This document shows positions 1-9,082 of a stretch of DNA of 26,048 nucleotides, one piece after another. The notes below the pieces were generated by a model that saw nothing but the letters and a program-made list of their open reading frames with translations, did no database searches and had not been told where the DNA came from. The translations under genes and the position numbers were made by a program. The DNA is taken from the NCBI GenBank assembly GCA_038064995.1, contig JBBTRW010000065.1, positions 1,685 to 27,732 of the forward strand, given 5' to 3'. This DNA comes from Patescibacteria group bacterium. GTDB lineage: Bacteria; Patescibacteriota; Saccharimonadia; Saccharimonadales; Saccharimonadaceae. How positions within the stretch are numbered: position 1 is the stretch's first letter; each line of letters opens with the position of its first letter.

Positions 1-1
1 T

Positions 2-611
<610 letters not shown>

Positions 612-615
<4 letters not shown>

Positions 616-3116
616 TAATTTCACTAAATTGGTTAAAGCAATATGTCGATATCAAGCTACCGGTTGATGAGCTTGCGACCTTGATTGGTGCGCGGCTGGT
701 CGAGATCGAAGAAATAATAGATCTAGGTAAAAAATACCAAGGGATCAAGGTGGTCAATGTCGTTTCGGTTGAAAAACATCCGAATGCAGATAGTCTGCAT
801 ATCTGCTTGGTAGATGATGGTAAAAAAACAAAAGGTCTTGATCGCAACAAAGATGGATTGGTGCAGATTGTTTGTGGAGCACCAAACGTTCGTAAAGGTT
901 TGGTCACAGCGTGGCTACCACCTGGCAGTACTGTTCCAGCTAGTTTTAACGATGACGAACCGTTTGTCGTAGGATCGCGTGAGCTGCGAGGAGTTGTCAG
1001 TAACGGCATGTTAGCCAGCGCCGCCGAGCTAGATTTTGGCGATAACCATGATGGGTTACTAGAGATCGATGTAAAGGCCAAGCCGGGTGACGATTTTGCA
1101 GATGTATATCAGCTAAATGATTATTTATTAGATATCGAAAACAAATCGCTGACTCACCGCCCAGATTGCTTTGGGGTTATTGGCTTTGCCAGGGAAGTTG
1201 CTGCTATTACCGGCAAGCAATTCAAAACTCCGGCCTGGTTGATAAATACGAAAACTGACATTGCCCGCACACCATCCAGCGCGACCCCGCTAAAAGTCAC
1301 GATAAAAAACCCTGAACTTTCTTCACGTTACCAAGCGGTTGTTTTGGGTGAAGCAAAGCCAACAGCCCTCTCGCCAGTAGAAGTTCAAACATGGCTAGCA
1401 AGGGTCGGCATAAAGCCAATTAACGCAGTTGTCGATGTCACAAATTACCTTATGGTATTAACTGGTCAGCCCCTTCATGCATTTGATTACGACAAATTTA
1501 CCAAATTAAACGGCGGCAAGGCCGAGGTAGTTGTGCGTGCGGGCAAAAAGGGCGAAAAGCTAAAGTTGCTAGATGGTAGAGACATCGTACTGGCCGAGGA
1601 TGACATAGTGATCGCCAGTGGCACTACGCCAGTTGCGCTGGCTGGCGCAATGGGAGGCAGCTCGACAGCAATAGACGACAGCACTCAGAACGTTTTGCTA
1701 GAAAGTGCTAGCTTTAATTTGTACAACTTGCGAGGCACGCAAATGCGACACGGAATATTCACCGATGCTATTACTAGGTTTACAAAAGGCCAATCACCTC
1801 AGCAAACAGCGCCAGTACTTTCGCAGGCTGCCAAAATGCTGGGTGAAATGACTGATGCACAAGTTTCTAGCTCTGTAGTTGAGGAATATCCCGTAAAACA
1901 AAAAGCAGTTTCTGTCAGCACGTCTGTTGATGACATAAACGACATATTGGGATCAAGCTTTACCAAGGAAAAAATAATTGCCGGCTTTAAGGCTGCAGAA
2001 TTTGTCGTCAGCGCAAAAGGCAATCAGCTCAGCGTGTCTGTGCCATATTGGCGGGCTGATATTAATATCGCCGAGGACATTGTCGAGGAAGTCGGGCGTA
2101 TCAACGGTTACGACAACATCACGCCAAGCTTGCCGACTAGGTCGTTTAAGGCCACACAGCAAACAGACTTAGAGGCCTTAAAACAAAAATTACGATCGGT
2201 CTTAGCGCGAGCCGGCGCAAATGATATTTTGACCTATAGCTTCGTGCATGGTGATTTACTAACCGCTGTCGGCCAAAAAACTACTAATTCATTCGCTATC
2301 ACAAATGCCATCAGCCCGAAATTGCAATACTATCGCCAAACGCTAACGCCTAGCTTGCTAGAACTAGTTCACCCTAACATCAAGGCGGGTGACGGCGAGT
2401 TTATTTTGTATGAAATAAACAGGACTCACAACAAAGTGCACGGAAAAGACAAAGAAGGTTTACCGGGAGAGCTAGAAATGACGGCACTAGTTTACGCCAA
2501 CAAGAAATCTGCCAGCACATCATCTGGCGGGTCGCCATATTATAAGGTTCGGCGACACCTTGACTTTGTGGCCCAGCAACTAGGCTTGGATTTTCAATAC
2601 ATGCCCATAGATAAAAAGCCAGATTATCCAGTGACTTCGCCATTTGATTGGCAACGCAGTGCATATATTACCGAGAAAAAGTCTGGTGTTTTCATTGGTA
2701 TAGTTGGTGAATATCGCCAACAGGTTAAAAAGAACTTGAAGCTACCGCAAAACATAGCTGGGTGCGAGCTGGGGACAGAGGATATCCTAAAGGCAGTGCA
2801 GACAAGTAGCTCGTCAAGCTACAAGCCTATTAGCAAATACCCCGGAACTTCACAAGATATCACGTTGCAGGTTAGTAAAAAAACAACTTTTGCCGAGGTT
2901 CAAGGGCTAATCGAGCAAGCACTGCAAAATGTCGATCTGGAATGGTCCGTAAATCCCGTTGGCGTATATCAGCCAGAAAAAGGTACTATGAAAAACATTA
3001 CATTTCACATAAAGCTAACTGACCATAAAAAGACTATTACTCGCGACAAAGCCAACCTGGCGATAGCCAATATTGGCACGGCGCTGGCAAAGAAAATTGA
3101 CGCAAAAGTAATCTGA
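612..3116 (+). CDS. pheT: Phenylalanine--tRNA ligase beta subunit
   Basis: 834 aa. MIISLNWLKQYV start, tRNA-binding HPNADSL/QIVCGAPN, NR-like HRPDC, GQPLHAFD, EEVGRINGYDNI, C-terminal FDX-ACB-like end. Confidence 0.97.
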
Positions 3117-3146
3117 TATAATACCTAGAATAAAGAGAGGCAGAAA

Positions 3147-3707
3147 ATGGAAAAATCATCAACTAGCAAAGCACAAAAAATTGGAATTTGGTTTATCATC
3201 GTCGCGATGACAGTAGGCTCGATTGGCGCGTATTTTATAGTTATCGTAGACACCGAAAACCAAAAGCGCGACGCAGCCCAGCAAACCAAAATACAAGAGC
3301 AAATAAAGAAACAGCAAGAGCAGGAGGATAAAAAAGTGAAAGAGCCATTAGACGGGTACAGTGCAGAACCTTTCGACAAAGCTAGCGTTAGCAAGCTAGT
3401 AATAAAAGACATAAAAGTCGGTGAAGGCAAAACAGCATCAAAAACATCAACTGTAAAAGTTAATTACTTCGGTTGGACTGCAGACGGCAAAATATTTGAT
3501 TCATCTAAAAAAGACGGAACACTAAGCCCAGTCGAGTTTCCTCTAAACCAAGTTATTCTAGGTTGGACTGAGGGTTTGGACGGCGTTAAAGCTGGCGGTG
3601 TACGCAAGCTAACAATACCCGCCGATAAAGCCTATGGTGACAACCCGCAAGCGGGTGCGCCAGCCGGCCCTATAGCATTTGTTGTTCAGGTAATCTCTGT
3701 AAAATAG
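3147..3707 (+). CDS. FKBP-type peptidyl-prolyl isomerase with N-terminal transmembrane anchor
   Basis: VKVNYFGWTADGKIFDSS, VILGWTEGL, GGVRKLTIP.DKAYG are FKBP signatures. Hydrophobic segment at about residues 12-33. Confidence 0.92.
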   Translation: MEKSSTSKAQKIGIWFIIVAMTVGSIGAYFIVIVDTENQKRDAAQQTKIQEQIKKQQEQEDKKVKEPLDGYSAEPFDKASVSKLVIKDIKVGEGKTASKTSTVKVNYFGWTADGKIFDSSKKDGTLSPVEFPLNQVILGWTEGLDGVKAGGVRKLTIPADKAYGDNPQAGAPAGPIAFVVQVISVK

Positions 3708-3714
3708 TACAAAA

Positions 3715-3763
3715 CTACAACATATAGCGTATTGACCCAACATGCTAACGCTATATATAATAG
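3715..3763. promoter_or_regulatory. Pair of inverted NrdR-box-like 16-mers bracketing a sigma70 promoter
   Basis: ctaCAACATATAGcgt (3715-3730, +) and ctaTTATATATAGcgt (3748-3763, -) resemble the NrdR consensus acaCwAtATaTwGwgt. They are 33 bp apart and lie upstream of an NrdH-like gene. Confidence 0.5.
3732..3761 (+). promoter_or_regulatory. sigma70-type promoter for the redoxin-trxB operon
   Basis: TTGACC (3732-3737), 18 bp spacer, TATAAT (3756-3761). AGGAGG SD lies before the ATG at 3801. Confidence 0.65.
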
Positions 3764-3800
3764 TTAGCAAAGAATAACAAAAACAGACATAGGAGGGAAA

Positions 3801-4052
3801 ATGTCGAAAAATATCACGGTTTATACTACTAGCGCTTGTGCATACTGCTTGATGGTAAAGAAATATCTCGAAAGCAGAGGTGAAGATTACAAGACGATCA
3901 ACCTCGATGAACAGCCAGACCAACGTGAAACTCTGCGTCAAATTAGCGGTGTTCAGACAGTCCCAGTTACAGTTATCGAAAATGAATCTTCTGAGCCAAT
4001 CGTCACTGTTGGCTGGAACCCAGGTAAAATTTCACAGGCACTGAGCGCCTAA
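3801..4052 (+). CDS. Glutaredoxin / NrdH-like redoxin
   Basis: 83 aa. ITVYTTSACAYC (CxxC) and QTVPV motif, strong SD, TAATG overlap with trxB. Confidence 0.88.
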   Translation: MSKNITVYTTSACAYCLMVKKYLESRGEDYKTINLDEQPDQRETLRQISGVQTVPVTVIENESSEPIVTVGWNPGKISQALSA

Positions 4053-4996
4053 TGTCGGAAAACGACATAAAGTCGCTTGTAATAGTAGGTGCTGGCCCCA
4101 GTGCTTTGGCGGCGGCTGTTTATACATGTCGTGAAGACATAGACACTCTTTTGCTAGAAAAAGGCGTTATTGGCGGATTGGCAGCAATTACCGACAAGGT
4201 CGATAACTATCCCGGATTTGCCGATGGTATCGAAGGCCTAAAACTGGCCGAGCAATTGCAAGCCCAGGCCGAAAGATTCGGCGCCAAGATAGATTTTGGA
4301 GAAGTCCAAAATATCGAAGACAAGGGCGACTACAAACTGATAAAAACTGACACTGGTGAGCTAAAAGCCAAAGCAGTGCTGATTGCAACCGGTAGCGACT
4401 ATAAAAAAATTGGTGTCCCGGGCGAAGCAGAATTTTTCGGACGAGGCGTACACTATTGTGCCACATGCGACGGCGCATTTTATCGTGACAAAAAGCTGGT
4501 CGTGATAGGTGGTGGTAACTCTGCCGTGCAAGAAGCTCTGTTTTTGACCAGATTTACGACTCATATCGACCTGCTAGTTCGATCAACCGTCAAAGCCAGC
4601 GAAATTTTACAGCACGATCTAGAAAAAGCCGCAAATGAAGGCAAAATAACAGTACATTTAAATACTGCAACCGACGAAATAGTCGCTACTGACGGATCGA
4701 ATGTTGATAAAGTACTGGTTACAAAAGACGGTGAAAAGATCGAGATTGAAACTGATGGAGTGTTCGTATTTGTCGGGTTGCTACCAAATACTCAGTTTCT
4801 AGCTGATTCAAAGATCGAGCTAGACGAACAAGGTTTTATAAAGACAGATAGCAAGCTGCAGACAGCAATTCCTGGTGTTTTTGCCAGTGGCGATGTCCGC
4901 AGCGGCGCAACCATGCAAATAGCCAGTGCAGTTGGCGAAGGCGCAACCGCCGCCCTTAATATTCGTGAATATTTAGAAAGCAAACACCCCGCCTGA
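4052..4996 (+). CDS. trxB: Thioredoxin reductase
   Basis: GAGPSA FAD motif, GVHYCATCDG redox motif, VIGGGNSAVQEA NADPH motif, PGVFASGDV. Confidence 0.95.
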   Translation: MSENDIKSLVIVGAGPSALAAAVYTCREDIDTLLLEKGVIGGLAAITDKVDNYPGFADGIEGLKLAEQLQAQAERFGAKIDFGEVQNIEDKGDYKLIKTDTGELKAKAVLIATGSDYKKIGVPGEAEFFGRGVHYCATCDGAFYRDKKLVVIGGGNSAVQEALFLTRFTTHIDLLVRSTVKASEILQHDLEKAANEGKITVHLNTATDEIVATDGSNVDKVLVTKDGEKIEIETDGVFVFVGLLPNTQFLADSKIELDEQGFIKTDSKLQTAIPGVFASGDVRSGATMQIASAVGEGATAALNIREYLESKHPA

Positions 4997-5041
4997 TACC
5001 CGGAGGCACCAGGGAGGTGTCTGCGACGGGTGGCGGGGTTT
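4983..5041. terminator. Long bulged GC-rich hairpin between convergent trxB and small ORF (probable bidirectional terminator)
   Basis: ACCCCGCC (4986-93) pairs with GGCGGGGT (5032-39), ACCCG (4998-5002) with CGGGT (5027-31), AGGCACC (5004-10) with GGTGTCT (5016-22). U-tracts are weak on both strands. Confidence 0.6.
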
Positions 5042-5219
5042 ATATCGAAAGTAAAGCATTGAGCCAGATTCCTCCGACGGCGCACATGAAAACTCCTCCT
5101 GCGAAGAGTCCTGCAGAGCCAGAGAGTGAAACCTTGAACCTTTTGCGCCAAACGGTCGCTAGACTTAGTGCCACGATTCCGAGTGCGACAATACCTCCGA
5201 ACAAAATATACAAGTACAC
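5040..5219 (-). CDS. Small (~59 aa) two-transmembrane hypothetical protein (cassette 1)
   Basis: AAGGAG SD is 5 nt before GTG at 5219 (the ORF track starts at GTG 5222). Own promoter and downstream hairpin. Topology is hydrophobic-RKRFK-hydrophobic. Confidence 0.72.
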   Translation of the reverse strand: MYLYILFGGIVALGIVALSLATVWRKRFKVSLSGSAGLFAGGVFMCAVGGIWLNALLSI

Positions 5220-5254
5220 CACAACTCCTTAGATTGAAGAATACTGTTATATAT

Positions 5255-5283
5255 ATTCTAACAAAAAATAGTTATTTTGTCAA
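5255..5283 (-). promoter_or_regulatory. sigma70 consensus promoter of cassette 1
   Basis: TTGACA (5283-5278), 17 bp, TAGAAT (5260-5255). The -35 overlaps the last codons of the PLD gene. Confidence 0.75.
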
Positions 5284-6261
5284 ACTCTCAATGTCAGTTT
5301 TAAAGAACTCCTCAAGCTGCGAGATGACATGTTTGTCTTTTGTTTCCAGCTCAACTTCGCGTGTGCCAAATCTTACGCCAGTATAGCTAAAGTTGTGACT
5401 ACCTGTCAGTGCAACTTTTGAGCCACTTTCCATCGTGAATACGATAAACTTTGCGTGTAGGTATGTTGGCTTTTTGTATTTGGATTTTAGGCCAGTTGTC
5501 AGTCGTGAAAATCGCAACATCAATTTCGTCCATCGGTGAGTATTTTTAGGTTGGTTGTAATAAATTACAGCTTTTTTGCTGCGCAATATCTTTGCCAGCT
5601 TGCCAGTTGGGCAGTACTGAGATACGAACAGGATTGATTTTGATTGTTTGGCTAGTTCTACTGCGCGTTCATAAATCATCGACTCATTTTTTTCGCCACT
5701 ATCAATTAGTAGCGTGCCGTAGCCAAGTTGTTTGTAAAAACCTGAATAATTTGCCGGGGCGCGGTCAGTTTGCACAATCTTTTGATGCTCGCTAGCTAGT
5801 AGATCAGCTAGTTTGCTGTCTTTCACCTTGAACATGTAATCTGTATTTCTGGCGCCCCTTCCATATAGGTTGACTCCACCAAAACAATACAGAGTGTCAT
5901 CCACGACTGTCCATTTAACGTGCGTGACGCCGGCAAACGGATTAATGAGGTGATTGCCACCCAGCCAGCGAAAGCTAACACCATTTTTTTTCAGCGTTTT
6001 GGATAGTTTTTTTGCTTCACGGCTATATTTTGCCCATCTTTTAAATGGGTTAAAGTAGCCACCAAACTCACTAAAGGTGAAGGTGTCGGCAGCAACACTG
6101 ACATCGACACCATTTTTGGACGCAACTATTAGGCTATCGATGAACTGGGCAGTCTCACGCTCTTTCGAAATACACAAGGTCATCACAATAACACGCTTTT
6201 TGCTGCGTGCAATGGCCTTTGACGCGTCGGCTATGTATTCTGATGTTGTCAGTAGTTTCAT
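5272..6261 (-). CDS. Phospholipase D superfamily protein (cardiolipin-synthase-like, no N-terminal TM)
   Basis: HVKWTVVD...GGVN is a canonical HKD motif. The second motif, HAKFIVFT...TGSHNFS, has T in place of D. Confidence 0.82.
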   Translation of the reverse strand: MKLLTTSEYIADASKAIARSKKRVIVMTLCISKERETAQFIDSLIVASKNGVDVSVAADTFTFSEFGGYFNPFKRWAKYSREAKKLSKTLKKNGVSFRWLGGNHLINPFAGVTHVKWTVVDDTLYCFGGVNLYGRGARNTDYMFKVKDSKLADLLASEHQKIVQTDRAPANYSGFYKQLGYGTLLIDSGEKNESMIYERAVELAKQSKSILFVSQYCPTGKLAKILRSKKAVIYYNQPKNTHRWTKLMLRFSRLTTGLKSKYKKPTYLHAKFIVFTMESGSKVALTGSHNFSYTGVRFGTREVELETKDKHVISQLEEFFKTDIESLTK

Positions 6262-6267
6262 GGTAAA

Positions 6268-6273
6268 ATTGTA
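6268..6273 (-). promoter_or_regulatory. -10 element 6 nt upstream of the PLD ATG (candidate leaderless promoter)
   Basis: Minus strand reads TACAAT-tttacc-ATG with no SD. Confidence 0.5.
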
Positions 6274-6310
6274 CTAATAACGATTATAACTTAAACGGAG
6301 AAATACTCAG

Positions 6311-6844
6311 ATGGCAGACTTTAACAAAATACTTGACGCAGGCGATGTCGAGACCGGTATCATAAACACAGTTGTTGAAATTCCAAAATGGTCAACACTA
6401 AAAATCGAGTGGCATCGCGATCTAGGCATATTCGAGCTAGACCGCGTCGAGCCAAGTATTTTTGCAAAGCCAGTTAATTACGGATTTATACCACAGACAT
6501 TGGACGAAGATGGTGACGAACTAGACACTTTGATAATTACCAACGACCCAATTCCAACGGGTGTGTATTTGAAAGCGCGTGTAATTGGCGTTATGCATTT
6601 TGTTGATGACAACGAGGTAGACGACAAGATTATCGTAGTGCCTGCCGATGATCGTAACACTGGCGACGAAATAAGGTCAATTGAAGATATTCACCAACAG
6701 TGGAAGCAAAAAATCGAACATCACTTCAACCACTACAAAGACCTTAAAAAACCTGGCAGCACAAAAGTTCAAGGTTGGGGCGACGCAAACGAAGCCAGGG
6801 AGGTTATCAAGACTTCGATCGAGCGTTGGAAGAGCCAGGCTTAA
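6311..6844 (+). CDS. ppa: Inorganic pyrophosphatase (family I)
   Basis: VVEIPK, ELDRV, PVNYGFIPQTLDEDGDELD, DDNEVDDKII, HHFNHYKDL motifs. Confidence 0.95.
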   Translation: MADFNKILDAGDVETGIINTVVEIPKWSTLKIEWHRDLGIFELDRVEPSIFAKPVNYGFIPQTLDEDGDELDTLIITNDPIPTGVYLKARVIGVMHFVDDNEVDDKIIVVPADDRNTGDEIRSIEDIHQQWKQKIEHHFNHYKDLKKPGSTKVQGWGDANEAREVIKTSIERWKSQA

Positions 6845-8384
6845 GGCCTCTTTTAGCCTTTCGAACCGCTTTGTCGCGAATAATAGCACTGGCGTTTGTG
6901 ATTGTCTCTATAATTCCCAATTGTTTTAACTGAGCACGCAATTTGTTTCGGGCGTGAACTGTTGTCACTAGGTCCATCCAGGCTTGTTTAGGTGTCGATA
7001 GTTTGCGGGTTACGACTTCTACAACATCGCCATTATGCAGCTTTCTATCAAACGGCACTATATTGCCATTTACCCGAAAGCTATAGGCGTGCTTGCCGAT
7101 GTCGCTGTGAACCAAATAGGCAAAATCTAATGGCAGAGCGTCTTGCGGCAGGTTATAAATATCGCCTTTTGGCGAATATACAAATATTCGTTGGTCAAAC
7201 AAATCTACCTTCAGCTCATCAAACGCAACTTCGTCACCCTCGCTCAGTTTGTCAGCGACCTCTTGCATTTGTGAGATCCACTGCAACTGTGCCGGCAGAG
7301 TAGACGTGCCTCGTTTTTTACGGTAATCTTTTGCTTGCTTTTGTTCGTGATAATGAAAACTGGCGGCCAAACCGCGTTCGGCGTATTCATGCATTTGCCG
7401 TGTTCTGACCTGAAATTCAACAACCTGTTTTGTGGGCGTAATGACGGTAGTATGCAGGCTTTGATAGCCATTCGGCTTTGGTGCGGCAATGTAATCTTTG
7501 ATACGGCCCAGCATAGGTTGGTACATGCTGTGCAGTAGCCCTAGTACTTTGTAACATGTGTTCTGGTCATCGACGATAATTCGCAGAGCGATCAGGTCGT
7601 AAATATCGTCTATATTATCGTCAGCTTTTTCCAATTTACGTTTCAGGCTGTAGATGCTTTTTACCCGTCCGTCCATTTCATGCTTGATACCCTGTTTAGT
7701 CAGCTCTTCGGAAAATTCTTTACGAACAATCGCTAACTTGCGATGAGATTTACCCAGGCGGTCTTTCATAATTTTGCGCAAACGTTTAAATTCGCGCGGT
7801 TCTAAAAAGCTAAAAGCTAGCTCTTCCATCTGCATGCGCAGGCGTCCCATACCTAGGCGATCAGCCATTGGCGCGAAAACTTCCAGGCTTTCACGAGCGA
7901 TCTTTAATTGCTTGTCACGGGGCATGTGCTCTAGTGTTTGCAAATTATGCAGACGATCAGCCAGTTTGATAATAATGACGCGGATATCTTGACCAATCGC
8001 GATTAGCAGCTTTGACAGGTTGTCGCGCGTGCCTGGCAAATAACTGCCAATATCGCGCATACCGGCCCTGGCCTGACCAACTTTTGTCACGCCATCAACC
8101 AAAAAGGCAACATCGTGCCCAAAAGCAGTTTCAATCTTTGCCAGGGTTAGCTCGGTGTCTTCAACTGTGTCGTGCAGCACCCCCGCGATAACTGTATCAA
8201 TATCCATTCCCCAATCTATCAAAGTATCAGCAACATGCAGTGGGTGAATAATATAATCCTCACCACTGAGGCGTTTTTGTTCTTTGTGGGCTTCGGTGGC
8301 AGTATCGATAGCAAGATCTAGCTCTAATACTTCGTTCTCGCTATAGTGGGGCTCGGCGTTTTTTAGGATATCTCGCTTCTTCAT
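6807..8384 (-). CDS. rel: Bifunctional (p)ppGpp synthetase/hydrolase Rel, short form (HD-SYNTH-TGS)
   Basis: HPLHVA/LHDTVED hydrolase motifs, KLADRLHN, GRVKSIYS, RIKD, NGYQSLHT, EFQVRT and a TGS domain. At 525 aa it ends before ZFD/ACT. Confidence 0.93.
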   Translation of the reverse strand: MKKRDILKNAEPHYSENEVLELDLAIDTATEAHKEQKRLSGEDYIIHPLHVADTLIDWGMDIDTVIAGVLHDTVEDTELTLAKIETAFGHDVAFLVDGVTKVGQARAGMRDIGSYLPGTRDNLSKLLIAIGQDIRVIIIKLADRLHNLQTLEHMPRDKQLKIARESLEVFAPMADRLGMGRLRMQMEELAFSFLEPREFKRLRKIMKDRLGKSHRKLAIVRKEFSEELTKQGIKHEMDGRVKSIYSLKRKLEKADDNIDDIYDLIALRIIVDDQNTCYKVLGLLHSMYQPMLGRIKDYIAAPKPNGYQSLHTTVITPTKQVVEFQVRTRQMHEYAERGLAASFHYHEQKQAKDYRKKRGTSTLPAQLQWISQMQEVADKLSEGDEVAFDELKVDLFDQRIFVYSPKGDIYNLPQDALPLDFAYLVHSDIGKHAYSFRVNGNIVPFDRKLHNGDVVEVVTRKLSTPKQAWMDLVTTVHARNKLRAQLKQLGIIETITNASAIIRDKAVRKAKRGLKPGSSNARSKS

Positions 8385-8390
8385 AGTTCA

Positions 8391-8396
8391 ATTATA
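8391..8396 (-). promoter_or_regulatory. -10 element 6 nt upstream of the rel ATG (candidate leaderless promoter)
   Basis: Minus strand reads TATAAT-tgaact-ATG with no SD. Confidence 0.55.
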
Positions 8397-8429
8397 CGCC
8401 AGATACCTACATAGAACGAATATAATCCA

Positions 8430-8467
8430 TCACTCTTTTTTGACCCGATCGAGTCAAAAAAGAGTGA
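8430..8467. repeat. Perfect 15-bp inverted repeat with 8-nt loop
   Basis: TCACTCTTTTTTGAC-ccgatcga-GTCAAAAAAGAGTGA. Confidence 0.9.
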
Positions 8468-8501
8468 GCTACTAAATCTGTCATCTCAATTCACGTGCAT
8501 G

Positions 8502-8547
8502 AAAAAAGAGCGGATGTTGCGGGGCCGAAGCCCCGCTTACCGCTCTT
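8502..8547 (-). terminator. Intrinsic terminator of cassette 2
   Basis: Minus strand reads AAGAGCGG-taa-GCGGGGC-TTCG-GCCCCGC-aacat-CCGCTCTT-TTTT, giving a UUCG tetraloop, two-tier stem and U-tract. Confidence 0.88.
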
Positions 8548-8554
8548 GTGTTGG

Positions 8555-8929
8555 TCAGGCTCTGGAAAAAAGTCCGAGCTGTACCAGTTGTGTGTATGTG
8601 GCAGGTCCCGCAAGCTCTTCCTCCCACAGGACTCCTTCGCCGCTGGGGGTGATCCACCAACTCTCGGAGTTCAACATAACCGCGAGGTAGATGCACTGCA
8701 TGTTTGCCGGGGTTTCGAAGCGGTGCGGGAACTTGAGCACGAAACTTTCGAGCTGGCCATCGCCGCTGAGAGTCCAATGCGATGGCGCTCCAACAACTTC
8801 GCCAATAACGGGGAATGCAACTTTTATGCGTGCCTGCTCTGCGCTTTGGCCGCCAACCATGATCTCACGCCCAATAACGAACATTTCTCGCTGGTCGAAT
8901 TCAACCCTTTTTTTACTTGCAGTGGACAT
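8555..8929 (-). CDS. Hypothetical 124-aa soluble protein (cassette 2)
   Basis: AAAGGAG SD 6 nt before the ATG, own promoter and terminator. Hand-counted GC is about 56% versus about 43% in gap. No family recognised. Confidence 0.78.
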   Translation of the reverse strand: MSTASKKRVEFDQREMFVIGREIMVGGQSAEQARIKVAFPVIGEVVGAPSHWTLSGDGQLESFVLKFPHRFETPANMQCIYLAVMLNSESWWITPSGEGVLWEEELAGPATYTQLVQLGLFSRA

Positions 8930-8979
8930 AGTCCACTCCTTTCTTAAAGCAATCGTGATAAAAAATAACTGCTAAGAAC

Positions 8980-8998
8980 TTGTACTATATTAGTACAA
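8980..8998. promoter_or_regulatory. Perfect 8-3-8 palindrome (candidate operator) over the cassette-2 -10
   Basis: TTGTACTA-tat-TAGTACAA. Confidence 0.45.
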
Positions 8999-9015
8999 AT
9001 ATAATCAATTGTCAA
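8987..9015 (-). promoter_or_regulatory. sigma70-type promoter of cassette 2
   Basis: TTGACA (9015-9010), 17 bp, TAATAT (8992-8987). Back-to-back with the gap promoter region (TGaTACAAT at 9037-9045). Confidence 0.65.
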
Positions 9016-9082
9016 GTATTGGAATAGCTATGTATATGATACAATATTTGTAAATAATACTAATGCTTATAGGAGTGGGAAC

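Noticed and set aside
3743-3769. TGCTAAC...GTTAGCA as a CIRCE (HrcA) element
   Set aside because: The half-sites are in the opposite order and spacing to TTAGCACTC-N9-GAGTGCTAA.
4983-5041. Bulged hairpin as an integron attC site
   Set aside because: No RYYYAAC / GTTRRRY core boxes at the ends, the other two cassettes have unrelated hairpins, and there is no integrase in the window.
5017-5386. + strand ORFs 5017..5232 and 5168..5386
   Set aside because: No expression signals. They overlap the better-supported minus-strand 2-TM ORF and the PLD gene.
8495-8947. 150-aa + strand ORF (also 8481..8777, 8499..8690, 8691..8975)
   Set aside because: These are shadows of the GC-rich cassette. Only the minus 124-aa ORF has an SD, promoter and matching terminator.
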